A stretch of DNA of 64,000 nt, from NCBI GenBank assembly GCA_050084985.1, contig JBITNC010000001.1, forward strand, positions 143,344,001 to 143,408,000. Direction: 5' to 3'. The notes below the pieces were generated by a model, which was not told the DNA's origin, ran no database searches, and was given only the letters and a program-made list of their open reading frames with translations. Below, piece by piece: positions 1-12,000 of this stretch. The translations under genes were made by a program, and so were the position numbers. This stretch comes from Nageia nagi (taxonomy: Eukaryota; Plantae; Pinophyta). Every line of letters starts with the position of its first letter. Within the stretch, counting starts at the first letter, position 1.

Positions 1-1230
1 CTGAACTGCTTGGATCTCATATATACTTCTCATTCCATGCCCACCACTTCTAATGATATTATTCATGTTACTCCTTCACAACCTACTCCATTAGACTTCG
101 AGCTCATAGCCCAATTTACAAGCCATATAACAGAACATGCTTATCCTAATCTCCTACAACCATGATCAAGCCAAGGGGATTTCAATGGTCTTTTATGTCA
201 ACTCTTGGGGTAACTTGCTAATGAACCTCAAAATTTAGAAGTTTTCAAGAAATATCAAGAGCTCTCTAAGAGGGAGTAGGAATTGATTAGAAGGGAGAAA
301 GAGTTAGCAAGGAGGGAAAAAGAATAGAATGATACTAGAACCTTGTTGAACAAGTTAGAAAATATGGATCCTTCATAATCCAACATAGGGTTCAATTAGA
401 ATCAGACCCAAAAAAATGAAAAATAATATAATTGTAACTACTAAAGGCTAAACAAACCATGGAATACTAGCCTTAATAATGACATAGGTAATGTACCCAA
501 TCCATTGGCAATGGAAAAAAATTAGGTCCAATACAATTTCTTGTATTTAATAAGAATTCCATTGATCACCCAGTGTAGGGTTCAAAACATAATGAATCCT
601 AAATTCACAAGTCCCTATTTCATTTTTGCAACCAATATCATCCAATAAGAAATGTAACAACTCAAGAGAGATGCTAATGTTTGAGGTCTATGCAAGGAAT
701 GAAAAAAATCTAAAGGATGAGCTACCCAAACCTAAATATGTAGCTTCATAACCTATTTATGTTGCACTAGAGAATCTTAGAATATTTAGGTATACTTTTT
801 AGATAAGAGAACCATTGATAGAACCAAATCCTCCAAATAATTTGCAAGTGCTGCTAGACCTAGTTTCATCCAATACCCCACCTTTTCTTGGTCTAGTTCC
901 TCATGTTAGAATTGTTTAGCTCTAGCCAAAGAGGACATCTCCTAGGCTAGAAAAGGTACCTATCCAATAAAACAAAGATGTGGGGAAATGGAAGAAAACA
1001 ACTTCACTCAACAATGAGTTACATGACCTTTCTTATGATGTCATTGAGGTATTGAGGAATAATAAAGCTAGTATTACCTCATCAAAGCTATGGAGATAGA
1101 CTAAGTACATGACTAGTTCTTGGGTTACCTTAATGAAGTTAGTGCACACAAGCTAAAACAAGGCACATCAAATGTAACTCCAATTGTTCCCACAATAATA
1201 AATGAATAACCCACTCTATCATAGATTCAA

Positions 1231-1700
1231 ATGGCTGTTAACAAGGCCGAGACATACACAAGTAGTAAAATGATACCACCATTCTTAGTCACTATAAGAG
1301 TAACTAGGAAAAATCTATATAATTGTATGATGGACTTAGAAGCAGGTGCCAATATCATGCCCCTCAAAATTTATCAAGCCTTGAACTTCCTAATCATCGA
1401 GATCCTACAAGGGATCACCTAGTTAGATGAAATGTCTATAAAAGTCATGAGAATGATACATAACCTAAGAATACAAATTGCTTTAGTTCCCCATATCATA
1501 AGGGATATTAACATCCAAGTTGTGAAGATCCTACAAAAATATGGCTTGTTACTTAGTTATAACTAGTCATATGCCTTGAATGGTTACTGCTATATTGTTT
1601 TCATGCATTTGTGGCTCCCTCAAAAGGGAGTGTCTAATCAATTAAGGTTCTAAGTGACCATATATAATGAAATCTATCATAAGGTACAATAGAACCAATC
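1231..1700 (+). pseudogene. Gypsy aspartic protease remnant
   Basis: PPFLVTIRV...NLYNCMMDLEAGANIMPLKIY resembles retrotransposon PR (LDSGA.xNIMP); downstream YGLLLS motif; internal stops. Confidence 0.75.
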
Positions 1701-2068
1701 AATTGGCCTTGGTAGATGAAGTTCTAGGAGTTTATTCTCTAGATGTTGTTGACTCTTCCTTCCCAAATGATGATCATAGCTCTATTTAGCCTTCAACCTC
1801 TCAGGAAAAAAAGTCAAAAATGAAATATTAGAATATTAGGTTTTATGGATCTAAATCCAAAATATGAGGTGGAGCAGGGATTATACTACAAAATCATAAG
1901 AAGAAGAAGCACCAAGCTTCTTTCATACTAGAATTCCCCTGCACCTACAACATGACAAAGAATGAGGCTCTGATCGAAGGAATCAAGATGACAATGGCCA
2001 AAGGTGTGAAGAATCTAGTTATCATTGAAGACTTTGAATTGGTAATGAGGCAAGTTAGAAATCAATAT

Positions 2069-5000
2069 TGTTGGAAATTATAATGTAATATTTCTCTTTA
2101 ATATAAATTCACTTAATAATTAAAGTATTTTTAGATACCTTAAAACATTAAGAGAATAAAAATAGAAAGAGGAATAAATATAGAAACACATTCAACCTTA
2201 CCCTTGGATAAAAAGAAGGTTAAAGGGTGGGTTAGTTCTTATAAATAGAGAGGTACTCCTCTCATTATGTAACTTGGTGAAGCATGGTAATGCTTGTATT
2301 GAGAATTTATAGGAGAGTTGTATTCTGAGAAAGTAATAGAATGATGGTTCAAAGTAAATGTACTCCTAAGAGATGGAGAAACCACTATACATCGTATGTT
2401 AGATTTTTTATGATTGTTTCTTACCTTTGCTAGATGGATGAATGGCACATTCTTGTTGAAGAAAATCCAAGGAGATTTTGGTTATATGGAATCCTTGAAT
2501 TCCATCAAAGGTATCAGAGCCATTCTTGGAATCTCCACTTCAACAACCTTGAAAGTCCATTCCTCTTCTTTGTCCATCAAATGTTGAGGTAAAAAGGTTT
2601 GAAGGTATAATCTACCTTTTCTTGTTAGATTTTATCATAGTCTAACAAAATTTGATTAAAGAACATGTTAGTTCAATTTTTCTATGCATTATTTTTCTTT
2701 CTAACAATTTGTTAGTTGTAATTTTTCAATAAAATTGCTCAATGTGTAGTAATAATATGCAAATTTTAAGTAAATTTGCTTAAAATGAGTTGTTATAGCT
2801 TAAAATTGCAAGTTTCTATTTAGTATAGAAAAAGTCAAAAATCTTGCAATTTTTTTTTGTTTTTACAACATTGTTATAATGCTATTACATAATATTTTTT
2901 TTTTTTTTTTTTACAATAAGTTTGTAAAAATTAATATGCATGCAATTTTGTTCCATGCAAAATCTATTTAAAAAAAAAAGAAAAAAGTTTATTTTTTTTT
3001 AGTTACAATTTTTTTTGTAATTGCAATTTAAAAAAAAAGAAGTATGCATTATTGCATGCACAAGAAAAAAGAAAAAAAGGAAAAAGCATGCATTATTGCA
3101 TGCAAAAAAAAAAAAACATGCATGAAAAAAATCATGCATTATTGCATGCATGCATAACCTAATAAAAAATAAGGGAAAAGTTTTTAAAAAAGAAAGCTTT
3201 AGAAAAAAGAAGTTTTTTTTTTTAAGGAATTCAAGTGGATGATAAGTTTGCACTAACCTTTTATATCCTCTAATATAATTTAAGTGAGAATCCTTTTAAG
3301 AAAAACAATAACAAAAGAGGCAGTTTTTTTTTTTTTAAAGTAAAGGATTTTAAAAAGGGGAAACTTTTTAAAAAAGGGGCATGTTACCCATTTTTTAGCA
3401 CATAGGATATGGATTTTTTCTAAAAAAAATGTAAATGGGATATGGTTTTCTAAAAAGTAAACATTCCTATTGAATTATCCTATATTTACCAATTTTTGCC
3501 ATGTAGTAGTAAGTGTTAACATCAATTTTTATTTTTTTGGTAAAGTATTTGAATACAAATGATATTAGTTGGTTAAACTTACCATGTGCAAAATTTTGTT
3601 TTCCCACTTCATGAAAAGGAATGTGATCTTTCCTAATTTTTCTAAATCCTATATGAAAATTATAACTTTGATCTATTTTTAATAGCTTTAATAGCTTTTT
3701 TAAGTAATAATGTTGCAAATATAGTATTTGATAAATATAAAAATCTTTTCTTAAAGTTTTTGAATAAATTTTGTAGGTAAAATACTATTATAATTTGCAA
3801 ATCATATGCCTTGTTTGGTATTTTTTAAGAGAATGATGAAAGTTAATTTACAAAGCAATTAATTGCAACCATTATTGTGCAATCATTTTTTACATGTATT
3901 GCAATTTCTTTTAATGTTGGACATATAAAATCAATTTAATTAAGAACATTAATTGATAATGTCCAATATATTGATAATTAAATTTACACAATGTTAAAAT
4001 GGAAACTTTTGGATATGCATTATGATAATTTATCTAATTTTTATGCACTATCCTTTGGTTGCAAATTAAGATTAATTTATATTGCATAGAGATTTATTAT
4101 GTGCATTGAACTATGAATTGGCATTTGTTATATCAATGGTTAATATAAAATTTTTTAAATTTCCAAAATAATAATGTTATGCACATCATTTGAAGTAAAA
4201 GTTTGTGTAAGCTTTCTTCAAGCATTACTATCCTCATTTAATTATGCATATTATTTTTATTCTAGTTGGATTGATTTTTTTTTTGTACACATATTCTTGT
4301 TGGAGTAGAGTTTGTAAACTTACTCAACATTGAAATTATTGTGCATTAATCTTTAATTTTTTTTTCTTGTGCATTTTGATTAATATACTTGTTGGAGTGA
4401 AAAGTTTTTAAACTTTTTTCATAAGTCTTATTGAGGATATTGATAATGCAATATTAACCTTGCTTTGGAAAGGAAGTGTACAAGTAAGAAATATACATTC
4501 CTCTCTACATGTGTAGATATGAAGTTACCTTTAAGGGGGAGTAAAATCTAAGTATACTTCTATATTTTAGAAGAATATCCATGTTGATGGATTATGCTGC
4601 ATTGCTAGCAAAAATATAAAATCTAACCATCTTTTTATCAAGAAGTAAATTTTTTGATGGGATTTTGTGTTTGTTATCCATCAAAACAAGACTTCATTGA
4701 TAAATTTTACTCAAGAAGGAGCGAAGTAATCCTTACTTCATCCTTAGGAGGGTTGTCACTATGAGTATTAGCATGGTATCTTCATGATGACTTATAAGGT
4801 ACTATTTGTCACATTTTACTTCCATGTTGGGAAGTTAGATTCATGATAATAAATTTTTTACCACATTGCTTCTTATAGTGTATGGAGTGGTTAAAAATAT
4901 TTGACCTTCTCCATAACTATATTCTTAGAGTGGTTAAAAAGGTTTAACCTTATCCATGATTGTTGAATGTTAGAGTGGTTAAAAAGGTTTCTTGTTCTCC

Positions 5001-5487
5001 ACATTACAATTTTTGATAGAAAATTGCATCCTTATTGGATGAATGATACCTTTTTTATCATCATATAAATCTTAACTAGTAGCATGGTTAAGATGGCATC
5101 TTGACTCACTCTTGGTAAAGTCAAGTTTATTTGTTGTGGCATCTTGTCTCTCTCATGGTAAAGTAAAGTTTATTTATTATGGCATCATGTCTCTCTCTTA
5201 ATAAATTCAAGTTTATTTATTGTGGCATCTTTGCTCACTCTTGGTAAAGTAAAGTTTATTGAGTATGTGGTTTATGCTTTGTAAGTCTTAACTTTGTGTT
5301 TGGTCAAGTTCACATGTGTGTATTAAAAAATCTAAACATGTGGTTTACCTCTATTATTTTTTGATCATTTGTGACATGATTAAGTTAACATGGTCACATA
5401 AGTATTTCTTCGATGAAGTTATCATCAAAGGGAAGAATCAAATTATGAAATATTATGCTATGATGACACTTTCATATAATCTCAACA
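2069..5487 (+). mobile_element. Non-coding LTR-derived insertion (copia-type 5' LTR + PBS, no matching 3' LTR)
   Basis: Starts tgttggaaattata (2069) and ends tataatctcaaca (5487), flanked by aatat/aatac. LTR 2069-2507 ends CA and is followed by the tRNA-Met-like PBS aggtatcagagcc (2509-2521). The LTR resembles the 49399 copia LTR (ccttgg.taaaaag..gttaa.gtggg..tataaatag). Confidence 0.7.
5094..5260 (+). repeat. Tandem repeat, ~42-bp unit x4
   Basis: tggcatcttg.ctc.ctc.tggtaaagt.aagtttattt repeated four times. Confidence 0.85.
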
Positions 5488-6049
5488 AATACAAAATAAT
5501 GATCTAAACCAATATCAGTTGATGGTGTAGAATATCATAAAAGGATTCAAGACCATTAACATCAAGACTATTCTTAGGAAGTACAACATGGTAGTAGTCT
5601 CATTAGCAGTGGCTGCAAGTACCTTTCAACCTATAGAAGGGACTAAAATAAATAAGATCACTATCAGATGTTGTATACCCATACTTTGCTAGATAACATC
5701 AAAGCCATTCAAGTATTTTATGATGATAAGAAAATTAAGAACTTTATATCCAACCAAAAGATATTCACTTCCCAGCAGATCGAAGAAGAAAAAGAGTAAC
5801 TTTTTTGAATGATAAATTAGTTAAGCAAGATGAATATGTTGATGGTTACCTCCATCTTAAGACCAACAAAATTTCAAGAGGGGTTGTATAGCTAGAAAGA
5901 TTGTTTAGTTAGGATGTGATTCAAGAGAATAGACCTAAGGAATACATCAATGTAGAGGAAATAAACAAAGTCAACCTAGGGACAAAATAAGACTCAAAGT
6001 ATATGATTCTTGGGAAGTCTTATATAGGAAAATTAAGGAGTGAAATCAT

Positions 6050-8700
6050 AAAGACGTATCAAAAATACATTGACATGATCACCTAGACATATGACCAGTT
6101 GAAAACCTACAATCCAAGGATAATCACTCATACTATTCCACTCAAGATTAGGACAAGGTCATTTTGGTAGAAACAAAGGTTGTTGAATCCTTTATTAGAA
6201 CAAATGGGTTTATAAGAAATTTAGAAGCTACTTCAATCAAAGATTATTTTTCCCATAAGGTACTCGATATGGGTAGCCAATATTATCCCAGTGAGGAAGA
6301 AGTCTAGGAAAATCAGAGTGTACATATATTTTAAACATTTGAACAAGGCTTTAGAGAAGGATAACTATCAATTACCTTCCCTAGATGAATTGATACAAAT
6401 GGTGAATGACTCTCAAATAATGTCATTTCTATATGGTTATTTCAAGTATAATCAAGTTTCACTGGATAAGAGGGATAAACTGAAAACCACCAATACCACT
6501 AAATGGGGCACTTTTTCTTATAGTTGTGTGCCCTTTGGATTGATCAATGTTAGGGCCACATTTCAAAGAGCCATGGAATTTACTTTCAAGTGTCTATTCA
6601 ATAAAAACATATTCATTTACATGGATGACTTCACTATCTATTCCAAATATGTAAATGATCATCCTCGACACTTGAGATAAATTTTCCAAAGGTGTAGAGA
6701 ATTCAAAATTTCCCTCAACTAGAAAAATTGTATCTTTGGGGTTACAAAGGGTATGCTAATTGTCACATTATATTAGAAGGAATTTCCATTGATCCAAAGA
6801 GGGTATAATCCATCAAGAAAATTGCTTACCTTGCTACACCAAAGGAGCTCAAGTATTTCATACGAATGATCAACTTCATCCAAAAATTTATCACATTATA
6901 TGCTAAAATTATGAAACCAATCAATGAGATTATGAATAATGATGTAAAATAAAATGTATGAACAAATAAAAGAAAGTGTTTCATGACATCAAGGAGGCAA
7001 ATTCCAAGGCACTTGTTCTTACTAGCCTAGACTAGAAGAAGCTCTTCTACCTATACTCATTTTCTTCATAGCATTATTTGGCAAGAGTCATAACATTCAT
7101 GAGTTATCCTTTGTGGGATTTTGCATTAAGTATCCCATGATAGACAAGCAAGCTTATGCCCTAGTAAAAGTATTAAATAAGTTATAACATGACATCTTGT
7201 GTAGTAAAGTAATTGGCATTATCCCTAATCCAGTGATAAAGAATCTATTAGCCTAACAAGAAGTGGATGTTCAAAGAAGATACTGGGTCTCAAACCTCCA
7301 AGAGTTTGATTTGTTAATTAATCCAATAAGTATTATGAAAGGGAAAGAATTGACCAAGACACTAGCCTCTTATTGAGATGGCATACTATCATCATCATCT
7401 AATGAACCCATTAGCACATCTATCCAAGTTTATTAGATTGATATCCCATCAGATTCCTTGTATATAGACATTATTCATTACATGACTTGAGGTGATTATC
7501 CCTTGAATTTTATTTGAATACAAAAGAGAGATCTTTGGTATAGAAAATAAAGTTTATGATAAATAAAGGAGTTATTTATAAGAAGAACTATCATAGTGTA
7601 TACTTCATATGCCTAGAAAAAGATGAGGCTCACAAGATATTAAAGGAGTTTCTTAACCAAGAAGGTGGAATAGATAATGCATTGAGGAATGTTTTGGCTC
7701 ACAAAATCATCCATGCTAAATATTATTGGCCTTTCCTCTTTTGAGATGCACACCATTATGCAAAAACATATCATGATTACTAAACCACAGTACAAAGCGA
7801 GAAGTTTTCTAGCATTTTGTTATAGCTAGTATTGGAATCAAGCCATTTTCTAAATGGGGGAAATTTGTAGGGGTAATTAACCCTTCCTCCTCCATGAGAC
7901 ATCAATTCATCCTCATAACCATATAATACTATACAAGATGGATTGAAGCCATAGCTATTAGGCAAGCCACCTCTCAAGTGGTCATTCATTTCTTGGAGGA
8001 TATGATTTTGACACAGTTTCACTCTCCATTTTCTATAGTGTGTGATAATGGTCCTAGTTTTAGCTCACTCAAGATGACATAATGGGAATAGAAGAAAATA
8101 TTGACATCATGTATTTTGCCAACTATTATCCTTAAGGTAATGGCCTAGTAGAGTCAACCAATAATAACTTACTTACTTTCATTCAAAAGTTACTGAACAA
8201 AAATCTTAGAAATTTTGGCATAGCAAGTTGAAATATGCTCTTTGGAAAGACCAACTCATGGTGAAAAATGCACTTATAATAAGCCCATTTGAACTAGTCT
8301 ATAGAATAGAACTAATTTTTCTATCCTAGCTAAAAATTAGTATAATGTTATTCATGAAAGATTGTAGTCAATGAAGCTTTGGAGATAAGACTAGTTCAAC
8401 TTACTCATCTAAGGAGAAGTGAGAGCAAACATTTTAGAACTTAGATTAATACTAGAAGGATAATAAAATATGGTTTAATAAGAAAACTCAAGTGAAAGGC
8501 TTCAGAGTTGTATACCTAGTCCTTTTATGGGACAAGGCTCATAAAGATAAAGGAAGGCATGTAAAATTCAACAAACCCTAGCTTGGTCCTCTCCAAATCA
8601 CATCTTTCATGAGCCCTACTAAATTCAAGCCAAGATATTTCATAAGAGAAGAATTGCCATTGCTTATTGATGGAAAGCATTTGAATCACTATTTCCAATC
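6050..8700 (+). pseudogene. Gypsy RT-RNaseH-integrase remnant
   Basis: ORF 6291-6680 (KKSRKIRVYIYFKHLNKA..DNYQLP..KWGTF..PFGLINVRATFQRAM..YMDD) and ORF 7556-7744 (integrase zinc-binding region); multiple stops. Confidence 0.9.
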
Positions 8701-9033
8701 ATAATCCCCATCTTTAGATGTGTACCATATTGTAATTTATGCTTGTCAATATTTATTGCAAAAAAAAGAAGATAAAAAAATAAAAATATGAACTTTAAAT
8801 AATACCATTGGGAACACCTAAATAGAGTGACTAATCTTAGGAATAGATCATCCTTTTCCTTAGAGACTATAGTTAGAACAGACACTATGGTTGATATTGA
8901 CTTGGTTATTTTCTATAACAAGGAGCATATTCATAGAGAAATTGAGCTCAAGGAACGATGATCCTTTTCTTTAGAGACTACAATTGGAATAAACATGCTG
9001 GATGAACCTAATATCCTCAAACTTGGACTACAA

Positions 9034-12000
9034 TGTAGGTGCCTCGATGGCTACTTGATGATGAAATCATAAATGATAGTGCTAACATAGGCTCACTCCC
9101 TATGGACGATGCAAGTAATTATGTGTCCACATGTTTAGGTTGTGTACTAAGATGTTATATCATTATGTCCACCACTCAACTTATTATGTCATGTGTCAAG
9201 GTTTCTTCACCATTTTATTGTTTTGTTTTAGCTTATCTCATTATTTTTATTGTTATTTTGTTTTAGCTAATGTTATGCCCTAAATAATTCATCCCAAAAG
9301 CTCACTATTTTATGGATCCATCACAACTCAAGAATATGTAATTCCATGTTGTGTCTTGTCTCTTCTTATATTCATCTTAATGAGAGCCATATTTATCATC
9401 CCATCACCTAAGCATGTTTAACTATCAGATCTTACTCATGTCATAATGAAAGCCAAAATCCTTTGAGAAAATAACCATGGAAATCTAAGTTAAGCCTAGG
9501 TGAGATAGGGGAACTCGTGCCAAGTCTAATGAAGCCAATTGAACTTGGACCACCCCTAGGCTTGGTGCATGATTCATGAAGATAAAATCTTATCTTTTTG
9601 AGATATGCACTTGAATTAAGAAGATGTACAAATTGGAGTCTAATTATAAAAAATAAAATCAAGCCACTTACAACCCTAAAACATGCAATCTTATCTTTTT
9701 GATACATGCTTTAGGATCTGGGATACTCCTAGGTTGGAATGAAGGATGGAGAAGTTCAAGAGACATACCAAGGTTGGTGCATACCTCAAAAAGATAAATT
9801 TTTTACTTTGGGAGCATGTGCCTAATTGAGGAAGTTACCCTGATGAGTTTAAAGGTAAGAAAAGTGGAGCATACCCACCCATTAGGCTAGCATATTCCTC
9901 AAAAAGATAAAATCTTATCTTTTGGGAGCATGTGCTAAGGGTAGGAAGGCATCCAACTTGATCAAGGAAAAACATTTGGCTAAGGCATAGAGCCTTGAAG
10001 CTTGAATCCAACTTCAATAAGACTAGAGGGGATAGCACATGGTTCCAAAAGATTAATTATTGACTTTTGGGAGCATGCACTAGGCTTGTGAAGATAACAA
10101 GATGGAAAAAATACAAAAAAAAAGGTTAAGTCTTAAGAGTAGAAAGCTGTAATGCAATCAATTTGGCCATCTAAAACCCAATGCATTCCCTAGAAAGATA
10201 AAATCTTGAGTTTTTGTATCATGCACCTAAAATGGAGGTGTTAGAGAGTTGGATGCATTTTTTGAACTGACAAAATCCTATCTTTTGAAATCATGTGCTA
10301 AGCTAGGAAGTGTTATAGACCTAGTCCTTGGGCAAATTTAATAAGTTGGGACATAAAGAAGGGCAAAAATGAACAAGTGCAGTTCTTATCATGATCATGA
10401 AGGGTCAAAATAGATGAGTGGGAAGTATGAAGAAGTGAAAAATGAAGAGCAATCATCCCTAGAATGAGTGCATGCTCCATAAATATTATCTTTTCAAAGT
10501 ATGCACCAACCCTTAAAGAGTCCCATACCCCCTAAGTCTAGTTTTTGATGGCTAGGAAGGAAAAATTAAGCATACATGTATCTTGAGGTTGACCATTTGG
10601 ATGATCAAGATTAGTTCCTACCATGCCTAGCCAACTAGGGTTTCTTAGAAACCTAAATTTACCTATAAATACAAGTCCAAAAGCTCATTTTTTCCAAATT
10701 CAAATTTGATTCCTCTTCATATTTTGCACCAAACTCTAAGTTACAAGATATATTTTGAGTTTCAAAATCTATCATAATACTTAGGTAGGATTGCATAAGG
10801 ACTCAAGAAGGTAAGAATGGTAACATAGGAGTCATAACCTCATTAGGGAGTTAGGACATCATTTTGAGGAGCCTTTATCACTTGCTAGGGTATCATGAAT
10901 ACATACAAGAGTAGTTTAGCCAAAGAATTTATGAGGGATTTAGAAACCATTAGGTATGATTGTATAATTACAATTTGTGAGAGGAAAGAACCCCTACCCT
11001 AAGGGCCCAAGTTCTCCAAAATTGGGTTTGCCACAATTAGAGATACAAACTAGTAGAAGGTAGACCCCATGTAGATGAGGGATAAGATCAGGAACATATC
11101 AATCAATGAGATAAAATATGATATTATGTTATTCTCTAGGCTCTTAAACTACACCTTCATCCCATTTACAACTCCATTCTAATAATTTTTCTTAATGGTG
11201 AACCAACATTGGAATAAAGGAGAAAGAATGCTTTAGGATATCAAGGGAAATGTCATTATGGAATTCAATCCTAAAGCCATCAAGGTAGCATTTCAATGGA
11301 ATTTGGTGGATAGTTTTGGATATACTAAGGTGGAGTAACTTATGTGCTATTAGAACACCAACATGGTAGCCATGGTAATTAGAAGTTGGATGCTATATGA
11401 GCAACATAATCTAGAGGAAAATTCCCTCATTAACTCTCCTTCCTCCCACTTCTACCTATATGTGAAATTTATGATCCTAATATTATTGAGGATCCTTGGT
11501 AAAGAAGATTCATATAAGTTCTTTAGCTTCATTCTAGGTATTTTTAGAGGGATAAAAATAAGGTGGAGCAAGTTGTTGAGATATTGCATTGTAAATCAGC
11601 TATCATCTTCGAGGATCATACGTAAGTTCTATTCCAACTCTTAATGTATTTATTACTTCATGGAAAGTATAGACCTATGACTCTATGGGAGGTGAACTTG
11701 ATTTAAAAGGGAACATATGCTATGGGGAAGTGCTAACCTAAGTAGAGAATTGAAAGAAGATGAAAGAATTTCATGATGAAGGGTGTTGGATGGGAGTATG
11801 AGATCTATAAAGAGCTCAAGGGAGAGATCAAAGTTGTTAGAATCTCAAACTCAGCCTAGGGTGCACTAAGGAAGCATGGAGACTTATTAATCCATAATCA
11901 AAATTATTTCCTTGATATGTGAGAAAAAAATGCTCTTGATGGAGATCATGAGGTAGTTGACCCACTTGCATGAGGACATCTAGTAAAAGAAATGAACCAC

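Larger units (their letters stand above)
1830..5630 (+). pseudogene. Additional (archaeal-type) RNase H domain, split by the 2069-5487 insertion
   Basis: Left part reads FYGSKS..GAGIIL..LEFPCTYN..NEALIEGI..GVKNLVII.DFELVMRQVRNQY. Right part reads V*NIIKGFKTINIKTILRKYNMVVVSLAVAAS. Confidence 0.75.

Noticed and set aside
9565-10507. CRISPR-like repeat-spacer look
   Set aside because: Eukaryotic retrotransposon context, divergent repeats, highly variable spacer lengths and no cas genes.
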